Both the position numbers and the translations under genes were made by a program. Positions 1 through 12,531 of a DNA stretch of 59,707 nucleotides are shown here, one piece after another. A model generated the notes under the pieces. That model worked only from the letters and a program-made list of their open reading frames with translations. It searched no databases and had not been told where the DNA came from. Source of the stretch: Octopus bimaculoides (Eukaryota). The stretch covers positions 50,033,968 to 50,093,674 of the forward strand of contig NC_068992.1 in the NCBI RefSeq assembly GCF_001194135.2, given 5' to 3'. Numbering within the stretch: the first letter of the stretch is position 1; each line of letters starts with the position of its first letter.

Positions 1-622
1 CAGATAGGGTTACAGGGGACAAGTTTCGAGGCGTGTGTCAGTTATTGAGGGAAACAGACAGAACTGGTAAAGTAGAGGTGTGTGTGTGTGGGGGGGCTGA
101 GAGGCTTTGTTATGTCTGAGTAACTGAACCCCTTAATGACTCAACTTTGAAGGCAAATTGGGAAGGGGAGACGGTGGAAGACAGAAATTGTTTTCTGTTG
201 GTAAACAATAATAACAGCAACAACATCAACAGTATGCTTTACTTGCTTCAGTCAACAGACTGTGCCCATGCTGGAGTATTGCTTTGAATTTTAGTTCAAT
301 GAAGCAGCTCCAGTACTTTTTATTTTTAGCCTGGGACTTATTCCTTAGCCAAGCCACTAAGTTATAAAGGACGCACACAAACCAACACCAGTTGTCAAGG
401 AGACAAACACAGACACACATACACACACACAAATATTTATATTAGGTTGTCAAGAAAGTTCTTGCGGAATTTTTAATTTTGGTTTTAAATGATGTATTTT
501 CAAATTAATTTCTGTTAAATTACTTTGACTTTATATATCATTTTAAAGCCCGTTTTTCGCTCTATCTAATCATGTTACTCTTTCTTTTTGAATAATTAGG
601 CCATTTTTTACATTGACCCTAG

Positions 623-970
623 TGTCTGACTGGTATTTATTTTATCGACCTCAAAGTCAATCACAGTGGAATTTGAACTCAGAACGTAAAGACAGACAAA
701 ATGTCACTAAGCATTTTGCCAGGTATGCTAATGATTTTGCCAGCTCACTGCCTTAATAATGACGATAATAATAATAATAATAATAATTCTTTCTACAATA
801 GGCACAAGACCTGAAATTTTAGGGGAGGGTATAAGTTGATTACATCGACCCCAAGCAGATGAAAGGCAAAATTGACCTCAGTGGAATTTGAACTCAGATC
901 ATAAAGATGGATGAAATGGCGCTAAGCATTTCGTCTGGCATGATAACAATTCTGCCAGCCCACTGCCTTA
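623..970 (-). mobile_element. Two tandem SINE family B copies separated by (AAT)n
   Basis: Each matches the reverse complement of the head aaggc(g/a)gcgagctggcagaa...ttctgagttcaaattcc (B-box-like) seen intact at 40563-40799. Confidence 0.75.
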
Positions 971-1057
971 ATGATGATGATAACAACAACAACAACAACA
1001 ACAATAATAATAATAATGATAATAATGATAATAATAATGATAATAATAATAATAATG

Positions 1058-1106
<49 letters not shown>

Positions 1107-1108
<2 letters not shown>

Positions 1109-2577
1109 TCCTTAACTGGACACTAAACGAACTATGTAAAATAGACAGGAAAACAAGAAAAATAATGACAGGATATAGGATGCACCACCCAAAATCTGAC
1201 ATAGAAAGGCTATATATACAACGCACAGAAGGTGGCAGGGGTCTTATACAGCTAGAAAACTATTATAAAATAACCACCATAGGACTGCAAAAATACCTAC
1301 TCCAGAAGCNNNNNNNNNNNNNNNNNNNNNNNNNNNNNNNNNNNNNNNNNNNNNNNNNNNNNNNNNNNNNNNNNNNNNNNNNNNNNNNNNNNNNNNNNNN
1401 NNNNNNNNNNNNNNNNNNNNNNNNNNNNNNNNNNNNNNNNNNNNNNNNNNNNNNNNNNNNNNNNNNNNNNNNNNNNNNNNNNNNNNNNNNNNNNNNNNNN
1501 NNNNNNNNNNNNNNNNNNNNNNNNNNNNNNNNNNNNNNNNNNNNNNNNNNNNNNNNNNNNNNNNNNNNNNNNNNNNNNNNNNNNNNNNNNNNNNNNNNNN
1601 NNNNNNNNNNNNNNNNNNNNNNNNNNNNNNNNNNNNNNNNNNNNNNNNNNNNNNNNNNNNNNNNNNNNNNNNNNNNNNNNNNNNNNNNNNNNNNNNNNNN
1701 NNNNNNNNNNNNNNNNNNNNNNNNNNNNNNNNNNNNNNNNNNNNNNNNNNNNNNNNNNNNNNNNNNNNNNNNNNNNNNNNNNNNNNNNNNNNNNNNNNNN
1801 NNNNNNNNNNNNNNNNNNNNNNNNNNNNNNNNNNNNNNNNNNNNNNNNNNNNNNNNNNNNNNNNNNNNNNNNNNNNNNNNNNNNNNNNNNNNNNNNNNNN
1901 NNNNNNNNNNNNNNNNNNNNNNNNNNNNNNNNNNNNNNNNNNNNNNNNNNNNNNNNNNNNNNNNNNNNNNNNNNNNNNNNNNNNNNNNNNNNNNNNNNNN
2001 NNNNNNNNNNNNNNNNNNNNNNNNNNNNNNNNNNNNNNNNNNNNNNNNNNNNNNNNNNNNNNNNNNNNNNNNNNNNNNNNNNNNNNNNNNNNNNNNNNNN
2101 NNNNNNNNNNNNNNNNNNNNNNNNNNNNNNNNNNNNNNNNNNNNNNNNNNNNNNNNNNNNNNNNNNNNNNNNNNNNNNNNNNNNNNNNNNNNNNNNNNNN
2201 NNNNNNNNNNNNNNNNNNNNNNNNNNNNNNNNNNNGGAAAAACTTTCAAAATACAAAGACCTGGAAATAGAGATAACTCGAATGTGGAATCTAAAAACAG
2301 AAACAATTCCTATCATAGTAGGTGCCTTAGGTATAATAAAAAAATATTCAGACAAATACATAACAAAAACACCAGGACTTACAAATATATATAACATACA
2401 GAAAATTGCACTACTGGGTACTGCACACATTCTACGCAAAACACTTTCAATACAGTAAACATAAGAGCACCACAGCAAACCACAGCACATACCCAAGGCG
2501 CACAGAGCTGCGCTCGGTAGTGAAGTGAAAGCACGTTATAAAAATAAAACTACTGAATAATGATAATAATAATAATT
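1107..2577 (+). mobile_element. 5'-truncated Dong/R4-type non-LTR retrotransposon in an (AAT)n tract (middle in N gap)
   Basis: Left piece encodes WTLNELCKIDRKTRKIMTGYRMHHPKSDIERLYIQRTEGGRGL. Right piece (frame not in the ORF track) encodes EKLSKYKDLEIEITRMWNLKTETIPIIVGALG...LLGTAHILRKTLSIQ with stop at 2456-2458. Short 3' UTR; AAT repeats on both sides. Confidence 0.85.
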
Positions 2578-2681
2578 TGTTCTAATTTTGGTACAAATCT
2601 AGTAACTTCAAAGGTATGGGGAAGTTGATTACATCAATCTCTAGTAACTGATGGGTACTGTTTTAACACCTCAAATGATTG

Positions 2682-2719
<38 letters not shown>

Positions 2720-2820
2720 ACAAAGTTGACCATGCAGGATTTGAACTTAGAATGTAATGAGTTGGAAGAAACATCACTAAGTTTTTTGTCTGATGTTTTG
2801 AATGATGAATCTACCAAATA
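2578..2820 (-). mobile_element. Degenerate SINE family B
   Basis: aaagttgacc...atttgaacttagaatgta matches family B body/head in reverse; poly(A) expansion inside. Confidence 0.6.
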
Positions 2821-4460
2821 ATGATAAATAACAATTTCCACCACCATAACCTCAATCATCATCATCCTCATTCACGATCCTCCTCCTCCTCCTCACCATC
2901 ATCATCATCATCATCATCATGTATCAGTCATTTTAGCCTTGCATCCACAAGCAAGCACTAATTAAAACGAGTTATGAACAAACTGTGGATGGAAAGTAAT
3001 ACAATTAATACAGGAGTGAAAACAACTATGAGAAAGGAAGGGGGGGGGGTGGGGGGAGAAGCACATCAGCTTTCTCTCCCTCCTCCTCCTCCTCCTCCTC
3101 CTCTTCCTAGCTTGATGAAATTAATAAATCGTCATGGTTTGTTTATTCTGAACAGTTTGTATAGGTAAATCTTCATTACTGCACATAACACACACACATA
3201 CACATACACCCGCACGCACACAAGTATGCATACATAGACATATAATCTCGGAGGTTGTTGGGGTTAAGAAATGTAAGTAGGGGTGGGAGTGCTCTGGCAT
3301 CACACCACAAAAAACGCTGAGATAATACACAGAATTGATTCATTCTATGTCGAAGTTTCAGAATGGAGAACATCAAAACAGTAGTGACATTATACATACA
3401 TACATAACTCTTGTATGTTTAAACACATATATACATGTGTATGTGTTGATATAAAAATACAAATACACACACACACACGTACACACAAAACCACAGATAC
3501 ATATACAAATAAAACCCTCTCTTGCCCCAGGCCCGCAACTCCTGATGCATCATAATAATGGTGTTATGACAGCCAGTGTTTTTTGATCACTATTAGACCT
3601 GCTATGGCTCATCTCTCCCTAGACTTGACCAAACTGATTTATTCCAGAAAGAGAGAGAGAAAGGAAAAAAGAAAAGAGAGAGGGAGAGACTTATTATAGA
3701 ATTTGTACTTTATCAGACCTGACAGGGTGACAGCAAAGTTGGTCTAAGTAAGTGGCATACCACTTACACATCTTTACTTTGATATATTATTATAGAATAG
3801 TATAATCCAAAAAGGTTCTGGTTCAGGAACTTAGTAAGCATCAAGCATGTACACAACTTATATAGATGACAAAAAATGGATAAAGAAAGTTTAATAATTG
3901 ATGTGTTTAATACACTTCGTCCCATATTGAAATCAATAAAAATTTCAATAAGTTGACATTCACCATATAACTCATGGTTTAACCACGAAAATTGGTAAAT
4001 ATATAAATAAAAATCAAAAATGTAAGGAATGGCAAAGGTAGATAAAGACTACATATGTTTCTGAGTTAAATTTTATGTCTTACATAATTTGTAACAAATA
4101 CAAAAGCAGTTAAGCTAATCCTCAGGTCCAATTATTTCAAACTGTTCACTGCATCACATGGAGAAAAGTGAATACATATAACACACACACACATGCATAC
4201 ATTTATGTGTGTGTGTTTAGTGAGGGTATATGGCCTAGTGGTTAGAGTGCTGCACTCATGATCACAAAATAGTGGTTTCAATTCCTAGACTGAGTGGTGT
4301 ATTGTGTTCTTGAGCAAAGCACTTCATCTCACATTGATGGAGGGAATGATTGCTATAAAAGAAATCATCTGTGCAGTTAAGTAAGAAGTTGAGGAACACT
4401 CCTTTGTCTTGTACAACAGGAGAATCCATAATATGTATGATCGCAAACAGTCATTTTTAA

Positions 4461-4668
4461 CTCTTTAGCATTCAGATTATCCAATGCAATGCTTACTTAT
4501 TCACACTGATTTGACTTAATCATGCCTTATCTCATAGCTTGAGATTTTGATCATGTTACTGCTATTAGAATGACACTATAGAGTATGTGTGAGAGGCTGG
4601 ATCTGATCAGTTTGAACATAAAACAGAATAGATATGGGTAAGATATTTCCAGTTTAAATGCTAAAGGG
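4461..4668. mobile_element. piggyBac-like MITE
   Basis: Left TTAA then ctctttagcatt; right aatgctaaaggg then tt. Partial copies of the same internal sequence at about 7130-7250, 17747-17815 and 33790-33870. Confidence 0.6.
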
Positions 4669-4954
4669 TTGCACACACATGTAAGTATCTTTTAACACAC
4701 ATGCATGTACACAGTTTCCATATACATATATGCTCTCTCGCATACAGGATGTTGAATACAAAGTGCTGTAGGATGTGAGCTACTGATGATCTTGCATTAC
4801 AATACTCCATCAATCACCTATTCCCTACTCTCTCCAGTCAGTTCTCTAACCGATATGGGAGAGGAGAGAGAAGGTGAAGGAATAAAAGGTAAGGCTACAT
4901 TAATAGTTTGAATTTGAAGGATTTACAGAATAAAGGACTCTAGAAAGAACTTAC

Positions 4955-5044
4955 CTGTTTTTCAGTAGATTCTCCTCCTTTGGGGTGGGCACAGACGGTG
5001 GACTTTAACAATCGGTTACACAGCAGTATGATCTTGAAGGCTTG
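4955..5044 (-). CDS. DAPK1: DAPK-like exon (90 nt): calmodulin-binding helix
   Basis: acttttcag|CAA GCC TTC...AAA CAG|gtaagt; encodes QAFKIILLCNRLLKSTVCAHPKGGESTEKQ, compare human QSVRLISLCQRLSR (recalled). Confidence 0.88.
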
Positions 5045-5952
5045 CTGAAAAGTTAGAAGATATTTCTTGATTATTAGCAACACCACCACAACCATCACCA
5101 ATAACAACAGAAATGAAATCTATGACAATACCATAAAGGAAATGAAAATGCTTCAATGCTATTACTTGACCTGTGAGAAGAAAGGAGTCAAGTCTTTCTC
5201 TTTCTTTTCTACTATTTCAAAAGGTGAGGGCACATTAGCCAACATGTTCCTTAAAGAACTACTGTTCAACAACAGTCAGAATGGTGATGGTGACAATGTC
5301 TTTGTCGATAGGTCTGCCTATTTAATCAGAACTGTCTTAACTTGCTGATGTGTATAGTTGACCAAAAGGTTGATTGCATAAACTGTTTAGGTCTATATAT
5401 GTACTTATGTTTACTTCAGATGACACACACACACATTTGGTAGACATAAACTGGTATGTCCTTCATTTCCAATCTTCAGTGAAAAATACCTGGTTATGGG
5501 GAAATATTACATAAATATTGAAGATAATTAAAAACCAATAAGACATGTGAAAGGCAGACTTTCCCTCAAAGAAACATTGCCTGAAGCAAAAGTCAGGGAT
5601 TGAACCTACATGGGAGGTAGAAGAGAGGCTGAAAAAACAGGCATCGAACTAGAGAGAAGTAAAAAAGACAGTCCAGAGATGAAAGCAGGAGAGAAAAGTC
5701 GTCAATGGTTCATGCTTCATGGGGAGTGAAAGGCTTAACAGAGAAGAAAGACAATGTACACTAATGTTTAGATCAGTTGCTTAGTAATGTTATTAGAATG
5801 ATTAGAGATGAAACAAATTTATAATGTGTCAATGTAAATATTGAAAAATGAAATTATTTGATCTTTAAAATAGTGGTTCATTGTTTGATAAATTAGAATT
5901 ATCTTAGACACGTAAAAAGAAGTCTTTAAATAAAGTTTAAGTTCAAACTTAC

Positions 5953-6042
5953 TTTCCACCGTCTTCTTGTAATAAAAGATTTCAAGTTTCCTGTGTTGAT
6001 AACACAACTCTTGCGCACATCTTCCTCTTGTTTGGCAACAGG
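5953..6042 (-). CDS. DAPK1: DAPK-like exon (90 nt): autoregulatory segment
   Basis: gttttaaag|CCT GTT GCC...TGG AAA|gtaagt; encodes PVAKQEEDVRKSCVINTGNLKSFITRRRWK, aligning without gaps to human PKDTQQALSRKASAVNMEKFKKFAARKKWK (recalled). Confidence 0.9.
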
Positions 6043-6706
6043 CTTTAAAACAAGGAATAAATTTAAAACATTACATATTTTATATTATATTTGTATATAT
6101 ATATATATATATTTATTATCTTCATATGCATACTCACGCATACAGGTATGTATAATACATATTTAAAAATACATATAAATATATATCAATATATAAATAT
6201 GTGTGTATATATACGTGTGTGTATATGTGGTGTATACAGGTAGTCTGTGTATATATAAATATAAATGTGTGTCTATGGAACACACATGCTGTGCAGTGGC
6301 ACCACTCCTGTTATTGCACTTGTTGTCCCTAAAAGTCCTCTTTATTGGTAAATGAGGCAGATTGATACCACTCTCCTCAGTTGCAGTTCTTGCTGTGAAG
6401 TTGGTTTATCTGGGATATCAAATACAAAATTTCCAGGGGATTCTTGAATACATTTGCATCCACTCCATGTAGATTCTTTGAGTTCTTTAACAAGATACAG
6501 AAATTCTGTGACCCTTTGATCCTGAAGATGTTGCAGTACCGATTCTGATGGGAAGGATGTGACCCTCAGTATCTTGCAAGGATAACCACTTTAGTGTTTG
6601 ATATAGTTCCCAATACTACTGAAGTTTGGTGTTAGCCTTTCAAGGGTCTTCTCGTTTCAGTTTCTTTAAAATGTGTGTGTGTGTGTGTGTGTGTGTNNNN
6701 NNNNNN

Positions 6707-6741
<35 letters not shown>

Positions 6742-7900
6742 AAACATAATATATGTATTTATTTGCTACTATTAGTTTTCTGTGCTGAGAGCATGCCAAA
6801 CAGTGTTTTTAACACACCTGATGTCCTAGCACAATTAAATATTTATCTCACACCAGATGGAGAACTAGAGCCCTGGGCTGGCCAATGCATTAAGAATGAA
6901 TTTGGTAGATGGAAACTATGTAATAGCCCATTGTGTATATAAATACATCTATATATGTGTGAGTGTGTGTGTGTTTGTCCCCCATGTCTTAATAACTGGT
7001 GTTGGTTTGTTTATGTGCCATAACTTGCCAGTTCGGCTGAAGAGACCAATAGAATAAGTACAAGGCTTTTAAGTTTTTTCTAAGATAAAAACAAAATACT
7101 GGGGTCAATTTTTTTTACTAAATTTTTTAACCCTTAAACATTCAAATTATTCTAGCAAATGTAATGCTTATTTATTTACACTGCTTAGAATTAATCATGC
7201 ATTATCTTGTAACTTCAAGATTTCGATGATGTGACTGTTTAAATACTAAAGAGTATTATACAATGCCCAGTAAAGCGGAGGTCCAATAACTGAAACAATT
7301 AAAAGACGAAGACAAAAGATATGTGGTAGAAGCACAGGTGTACTACGATCATCCATTTCCATTTGAGCTGTAACAGCAAAAAGATTATTTTTAAATTTCA
7401 CAGTGCTTCAAACATAAGATCCAAACCAAAATGATATCCTTTCTTTTGTAAGAATAATGCTTTTAATTTGCCAGTTTAAAGTTGGCAAGTCTCCCTGGTG
7501 TAATGGTACCACAGCTACCAGGTGTAAGGGGGTTATGAGGTTCAATTCATGTAGGTGACTTAGTATAGTGGGTTTGTGCCTGTTGTTTTATAAGATGTAT
7601 TGTTTATAGCATCATTTGCTCTGGTGCAACTTCATAAGATTATATATATATATTATGGAAACAGAAGTATTTATAACTATGTACACACACACACACACAC
7701 ACAGAGGAAAATATACACACATATACCTGTATGTATATGCATATATACATATATACATACACACACCTATATACATATATATATATATATACACACCTAT
7801 ATACATAATGTATATACATATATACATACATACATATATAGACACATATGTACATATATATATATATACATATATATAGACACAAACATATATATACATA

Positions 7901-7931
<31 letters not shown>

Positions 7932-7933
7932 AT

Positions 7934-8350
7934 CATATCTTGAAATACTAAAGCGTAAATTTATTCAATAAAATCGCCATTGACTTCAACCAAGGCTTCC
8001 AGATGACTTCAGAATCTCTTGCAATTCTCTGGATGGTCTCCTTGTTTAAATCGGTGAACGCTGCCATAATCCTTGCCTTCAGTTCATCTTTGGTGTTACA
8101 GGGAGTTTTGTTGGTCTCTCACTCAATCACACCCCACACATAATAATCAAGGGGATTGCAGTCTGGGGAGTTAGGTGGCCAGATGTTAGGGGTGATGTCG
8201 TCGCAGAAATTGTCTGACAGCCATGACTGGGTTCTCCTGCTTATGTGGCATGGTGCCAGACATAGGGTCACCCTCTTGACCCGGGGCAGCACGATCTCCT
8301 CCAGGCACTTGATGTAGGCCTCTGTGTTGAGTCTGAGGCCATGTGGGAGC
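7934..8350 (-). mobile_element. Tc1/mariner maT (DD37D-like) transposase 3' fragment
   Basis: Encodes HGLRLNTEAYIKCLEE...APCH...WPPNSPDCNPLDYYVWG (SPDxNPLDY is the maT-type motif); homologous to 19080-19490. Confidence 0.8.
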
Positions 8351-9006
8351 ACATGTAGGCATATTGATATAAAAACTATATATCAATCCATAACTTAACT
8401 GCCACAGCTTTGATATATGCATATATATGTAGTACCTTACCTAAAGTTTATGTAAACCATTAGAGAAAAGTGTACATGTGTTATGCACTTGTCTATGTAC
8501 TGTACACACACACACACATACATACATACATACTTACACTTGATTTACAAAAAGGTTCAGTGAGATTCGGAGAAGCTCCAACACGATTTCCCTGGTTTCT
8601 GCTTCATTTTAAATACATTTATCATCAGAAGCCATCCAGGTCCCCCTTGTGTTTGAAGGTACTGTACATACATACATACATACAACACTGATGAGGCTGA
8701 TGTAGAGGAAGCTCAATTTAGATCCCTACATTTTGATTGGATACTTTGGTAATGTGAGNNNNNNNNNNNNNNNNNNNNNNNNNNNNNNNNNNNNNNNNNN
8801 NNNNNNNNNNNNNNNNNNNNNNNNNNNNNNNNNNNNNNNNNNNNNNNNNNNNNNNNNNNNNNNNNNNNNNNNNNNNNNNCAATACAAAATTGTTGAAAGT
8901 GTGATTCAGGAAAGAAGGTAAGTAGGTTTGGGTAGGTTTGGAAGAAGGATTGTATATAGAGAATCAGGGGAATTTGAAAACAATAATGCACATGGAAATG
9001 AAGTGA

Positions 9007-9039
<33 letters not shown>

Positions 9040-9494
9040 TATAAATGTATACAAGCATATATACATATATATACATGTATATATACATATACATACATAC
9101 ATGTATATATACATATATATACATATACAAGGAGGTACCCACAAGTTACCAAAAATGTTTTCTGTGGGGCAAGCCAGTTGTAGTTCAGACTTCTGCTGCT
9201 AGAAACCACTTGATGCAACCCTCAGGCATCATTTTGTACTCAAAGTGATTGCTGCTGTTATATAGGCAGACTTACAGAAACTGCTATATGCCTTAAATGT
9301 CTTAGAAACTGCTACATGCCTTAAATGTCTTAAGGGTCTGGAACAATTGCTTGAGCAAAGTCTGATTCCATAACCCTAGAATTGGTGCAATTAATGCCAA
9401 TCATCTAGCCATGAAGACATGGTGACATCTATTTACATCTGCTCATTAAACAGATTTCTGTGGCTTGCCTAAATAGACAATGATGGAGGCGGGG

Positions 9495-10200
9495 CTTGTG
9501 TAGAAAGGCATAATAATTGTGGAGGTGTGTTCTGCATAGGCAGTAATGCAATAACTGTGGGATGTGGCCTACATTAACAGACACAACACAATAACTGTGA
9601 AGGTGTGGCCTGCCTAGAGGGAGATTGTATGATAGCTGTGGAGGTGTGGTCTGCATTGACAGTTGTTGGCACTCCGTCGCTTACGACGTCAAGGGTTCCA
9701 GTTGATCTGATCAACGGAACAGCCTGCTCGTGAAATTAACGTGCAAGTGGCTGAGCACTCCACAGACACGTGTACCCTTAATGTAGTTCTCGGGGATATT
9801 CAGCGTGACAAGGCTGACCCTTTGAATTACAGGTACAACAGAAACAGGAAGTAAGCGTGAGAGAAAGTTGTGGTGAAAGAGTACAGCAGGGTTTGCCACC
9901 ATCCCCTGCCGGAGCCACGTGGAGCTTTAGGTGTTTTCGCTCAATAAACACTCACAACGCCCGGTCTGGGAATCGAAACCGTGATCCTTTGACCGCGAGT
10001 CCGCTGCATAAACCACTGGGCCATTGTGCCTCCACGACAGACACAGCACATTAACTGTGAAAGTGTGGCCTACATTGAGAGACACAGTGCAATAGCAGTG
10101 AAGGTGTGGTCTGCATTGACAGACACAGCCATAATAATTGTGGAAGCGTGGCCTGCATTGACAAACAATAGTTGTAGTAATGTGACTGATGAAGGAGCAT
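9495..10200. repeat. Degenerate minisatellite of about 40-bp units, interrupted by a SINE
   Basis: Units like gtgaaggtgtggcctgcattgacagacacagcacaataact occur on both sides of the SINE at 9663-10035. Confidence 0.7.
9663..10035 (-). mobile_element. Full-length tRNA-derived SINE family D with 5-bp TSD
   Basis: Head GTGGAGGCACAATGGCCCAGTGG (A box)...GGTTTCGATTCC (B box); 3' end gagtgccaacaa; gacag at 9658-9662 and 10036-10040. Confidence 0.88.
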
Positions 10201-11187
10201 CTGCATGGTCACATGATCTGTCACTCATAGCAACCAAACCTTCCAAACCACACCCTATCATCTGAAACAGAATGATACTGTGGAAAATGTAGTCCTTCAT
10301 ATGCAATATCTAAAGAAAAAAAATATGATGAGGCGGTCACAGTTGGTATGCCTTTAGTCATATGTCTTTGTGATGAAGCTGTAAGTCAGACTTAATCAAG
10401 AAGACTTATTAAGCAACAACAAATTAATTTTATCAGCATTTGAAAGCACTACAAACAATCTTAAATCACAAAGCAAGGTTATCTGCTGGATTGGCTAAAA
10501 CAGTAACTATATTAATTTAGGGAAATAAATACAAGTAAGACAACGTTGAAAATATAAACAAAGAACCAAGATGCCTGAGACAGATTTAGGGAATAAGGAA
10601 TTAGAGGATGTCAGGGTTTTGAATTGTTGCCATTCCACAGAACATATGCTATGTAAATGAAATAAACTAGATTTGGTTAAGAATAAAAAAAAACAAAACA
10701 CATTGGTTTACTCAAGAACAACAACATCAACAATCGAAAAGGAACAACTGACAATGTCTTGAAACAATCTCATCGTCTTTATAGTTGTCATCATGGCTGT
10801 TGTAGTAGTAGTAGTAATAATAATAATGTTAATAGTAATAATTAGTGGTAGTAATAGCAACAGCAATAGCCAAATATTCTTTTACATTTGTAATAGTCTG
10901 CATGGTAAAAAAAATTACAGTATATATGTGCGTATACCCTCCAATCTTTTTCTTTTTCACACCAAACTCTTAACATAATTATATTATATACCATCTGAAA
11001 AATATCCGTTGAAAATTTTACTAAAAAATACTCGTTTTCTGAAAGTTATGAGGAAACAAAATCAAGTGGGGGCACACTTGTGTAGGTATGCCAAATACAG
11101 GTCTATTAATCCTGCTTGTTTTATCGACCAAACCTGCTGCTTATCCCATATGAATTTGTGAACTCTTTATATTCACATATATGGGTA

Positions 11188-11559
11188 TGAGCATGGCTGT
11201 GTGGTAAAAAGTTTGCTTCCCAACCACATGGTTCTAGGTTCAATCTCACTGCATGGTACCGTGGGCTGACCAAAGCCTTGTGAGCAGATTTGGTAAACGG
11301 AAACTGAAAGAAGCCCATTGTGTGTATAAATTTGTGCATGTGTGCGTGTGAGAGAGAGAGAGTGTGTTTGTCCTGCATCACAACCAGTGTTGGCGTGTTT
11401 ATGTCCTCGTAACTGAGTAGTTCAGCAAAAGCGACTGATAGATTAAGTACTAGGCTTAAGAAAAAAAAACTACTGGGGTTGATTCACTCGACTAGAAATT
11501 CTTCAGGGCAGTGCTCCAGCATGGCCACAGTCTAATGACTGAAACAAATAAAAGATAAG
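11188..11559 (+). mobile_element. SINE family A
   Basis: gcatggctgtgtggtaa...ggttcaatc...ggaaactgaaagaagccc...(GT/GA)n...aatgactgaaacaa; colinear with the intact copy at 36414-36822. Confidence 0.8.
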
Positions 11560-11639
11560 CTATACAATTTTCTGTGAGAGCCATGTAGCACACCTACCAA
11601 CTATTAATATTTGGAGTGGAATGGAGGTTAGAATCTGTG

Positions 11640-11693
<54 letters not shown>

Positions 11694-11767
11694 CTGAGAA
11701 AGCATATGATAAAACAAAGAATGAGGATTTCATGCATCTCTCTCTCTGCTCTCTTTCTCTCTCCTCA

Positions 11768-12531
11768 TATGAAAAATTCATAGGCTGACAATGAAGAACT
11801 GATGCTAAAGCTGTGAAATCTTGCATGCATTAGACACTTGACTTGTTTATAGAAGACTCCAAAAATAACCGGTAACGACTTCTCTTGAAAATGAACAAGA
11901 TTTGGCATTGTGGTGTTATGAAGTACTGCAGAAAAAGGGTTTAACATTCATGCTGACCTGGTTGCTACATTAGGAAATGACACACAGCTTTATCAACAGT
12001 GCAAAAGAGGGCAGCTAAATTTAGTAGGGGAATGGAGAGTTTTGGAGGTGACCAAAGGTCTGAATGTTCTGCAACTGACACTACTGAGGAAAACATTGAT
12101 TCTGTTCACCACATGGTGATGGATGACAGGTGGCCCCAGAAAAACTGACAAAAGGCGTCTTGCTTCATCAGGATAATACTCCAGCATACAAATCCTTGCT
12201 TTCAATGACTGCTGTACATGACTGTGGCTTTGAACTGGTTGATCACTCCCCCTATTCTATTTTTGGCCCCATCTGATCATCTGTTTCCCAACATGACAAA
12301 AACACTTGGCTAGGAACCAGTATTGCAGTGATGATGACGTCATGTCTGCTGTTGCTGACTTTTTTGACCAACAGGAAGAAAGCTCCTTCACCAATGGGAT
12401 CCAAGAACTGCAACACCGATGGAAGATATGTGTGGACTGAAAGGAGGAGTATGTTGAAAAATAAATCTCATTTGGCCACATTCCATGAGAGTGTCTTGGT
12501 TAGCCTATGAACTTTTCAACTGACCCTTGTA
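11768..12531 (+). mobile_element. Internally deleted mariner (DD34D-type) remnant
   Basis: Decayed N-terminal region joined to KGVLLHQDNTPAYKS...ELVDHSPYS-LAPSD-HLFPNM...ELQHRWKICVD*KEEYVEK*. Right end gttagcctatgaacttttcaactgacccttgta is inverted to left gaaaaattcataggctgac (11771). Confidence 0.8.

Noticed and set aside
907-2394. 495-aa ORF with poly-Asn, and all other long ORFs that span N runs
   Set aside because: They are made of a SINE head, (AAT)n, a Dong fragment and X residues from gaps; not genes.
7600-9248. YIYI/HTHT/CVCV/SLSL/ERER-type ORFs here and throughout the window
   Set aside because: Translations of dinucleotide microsatellites.
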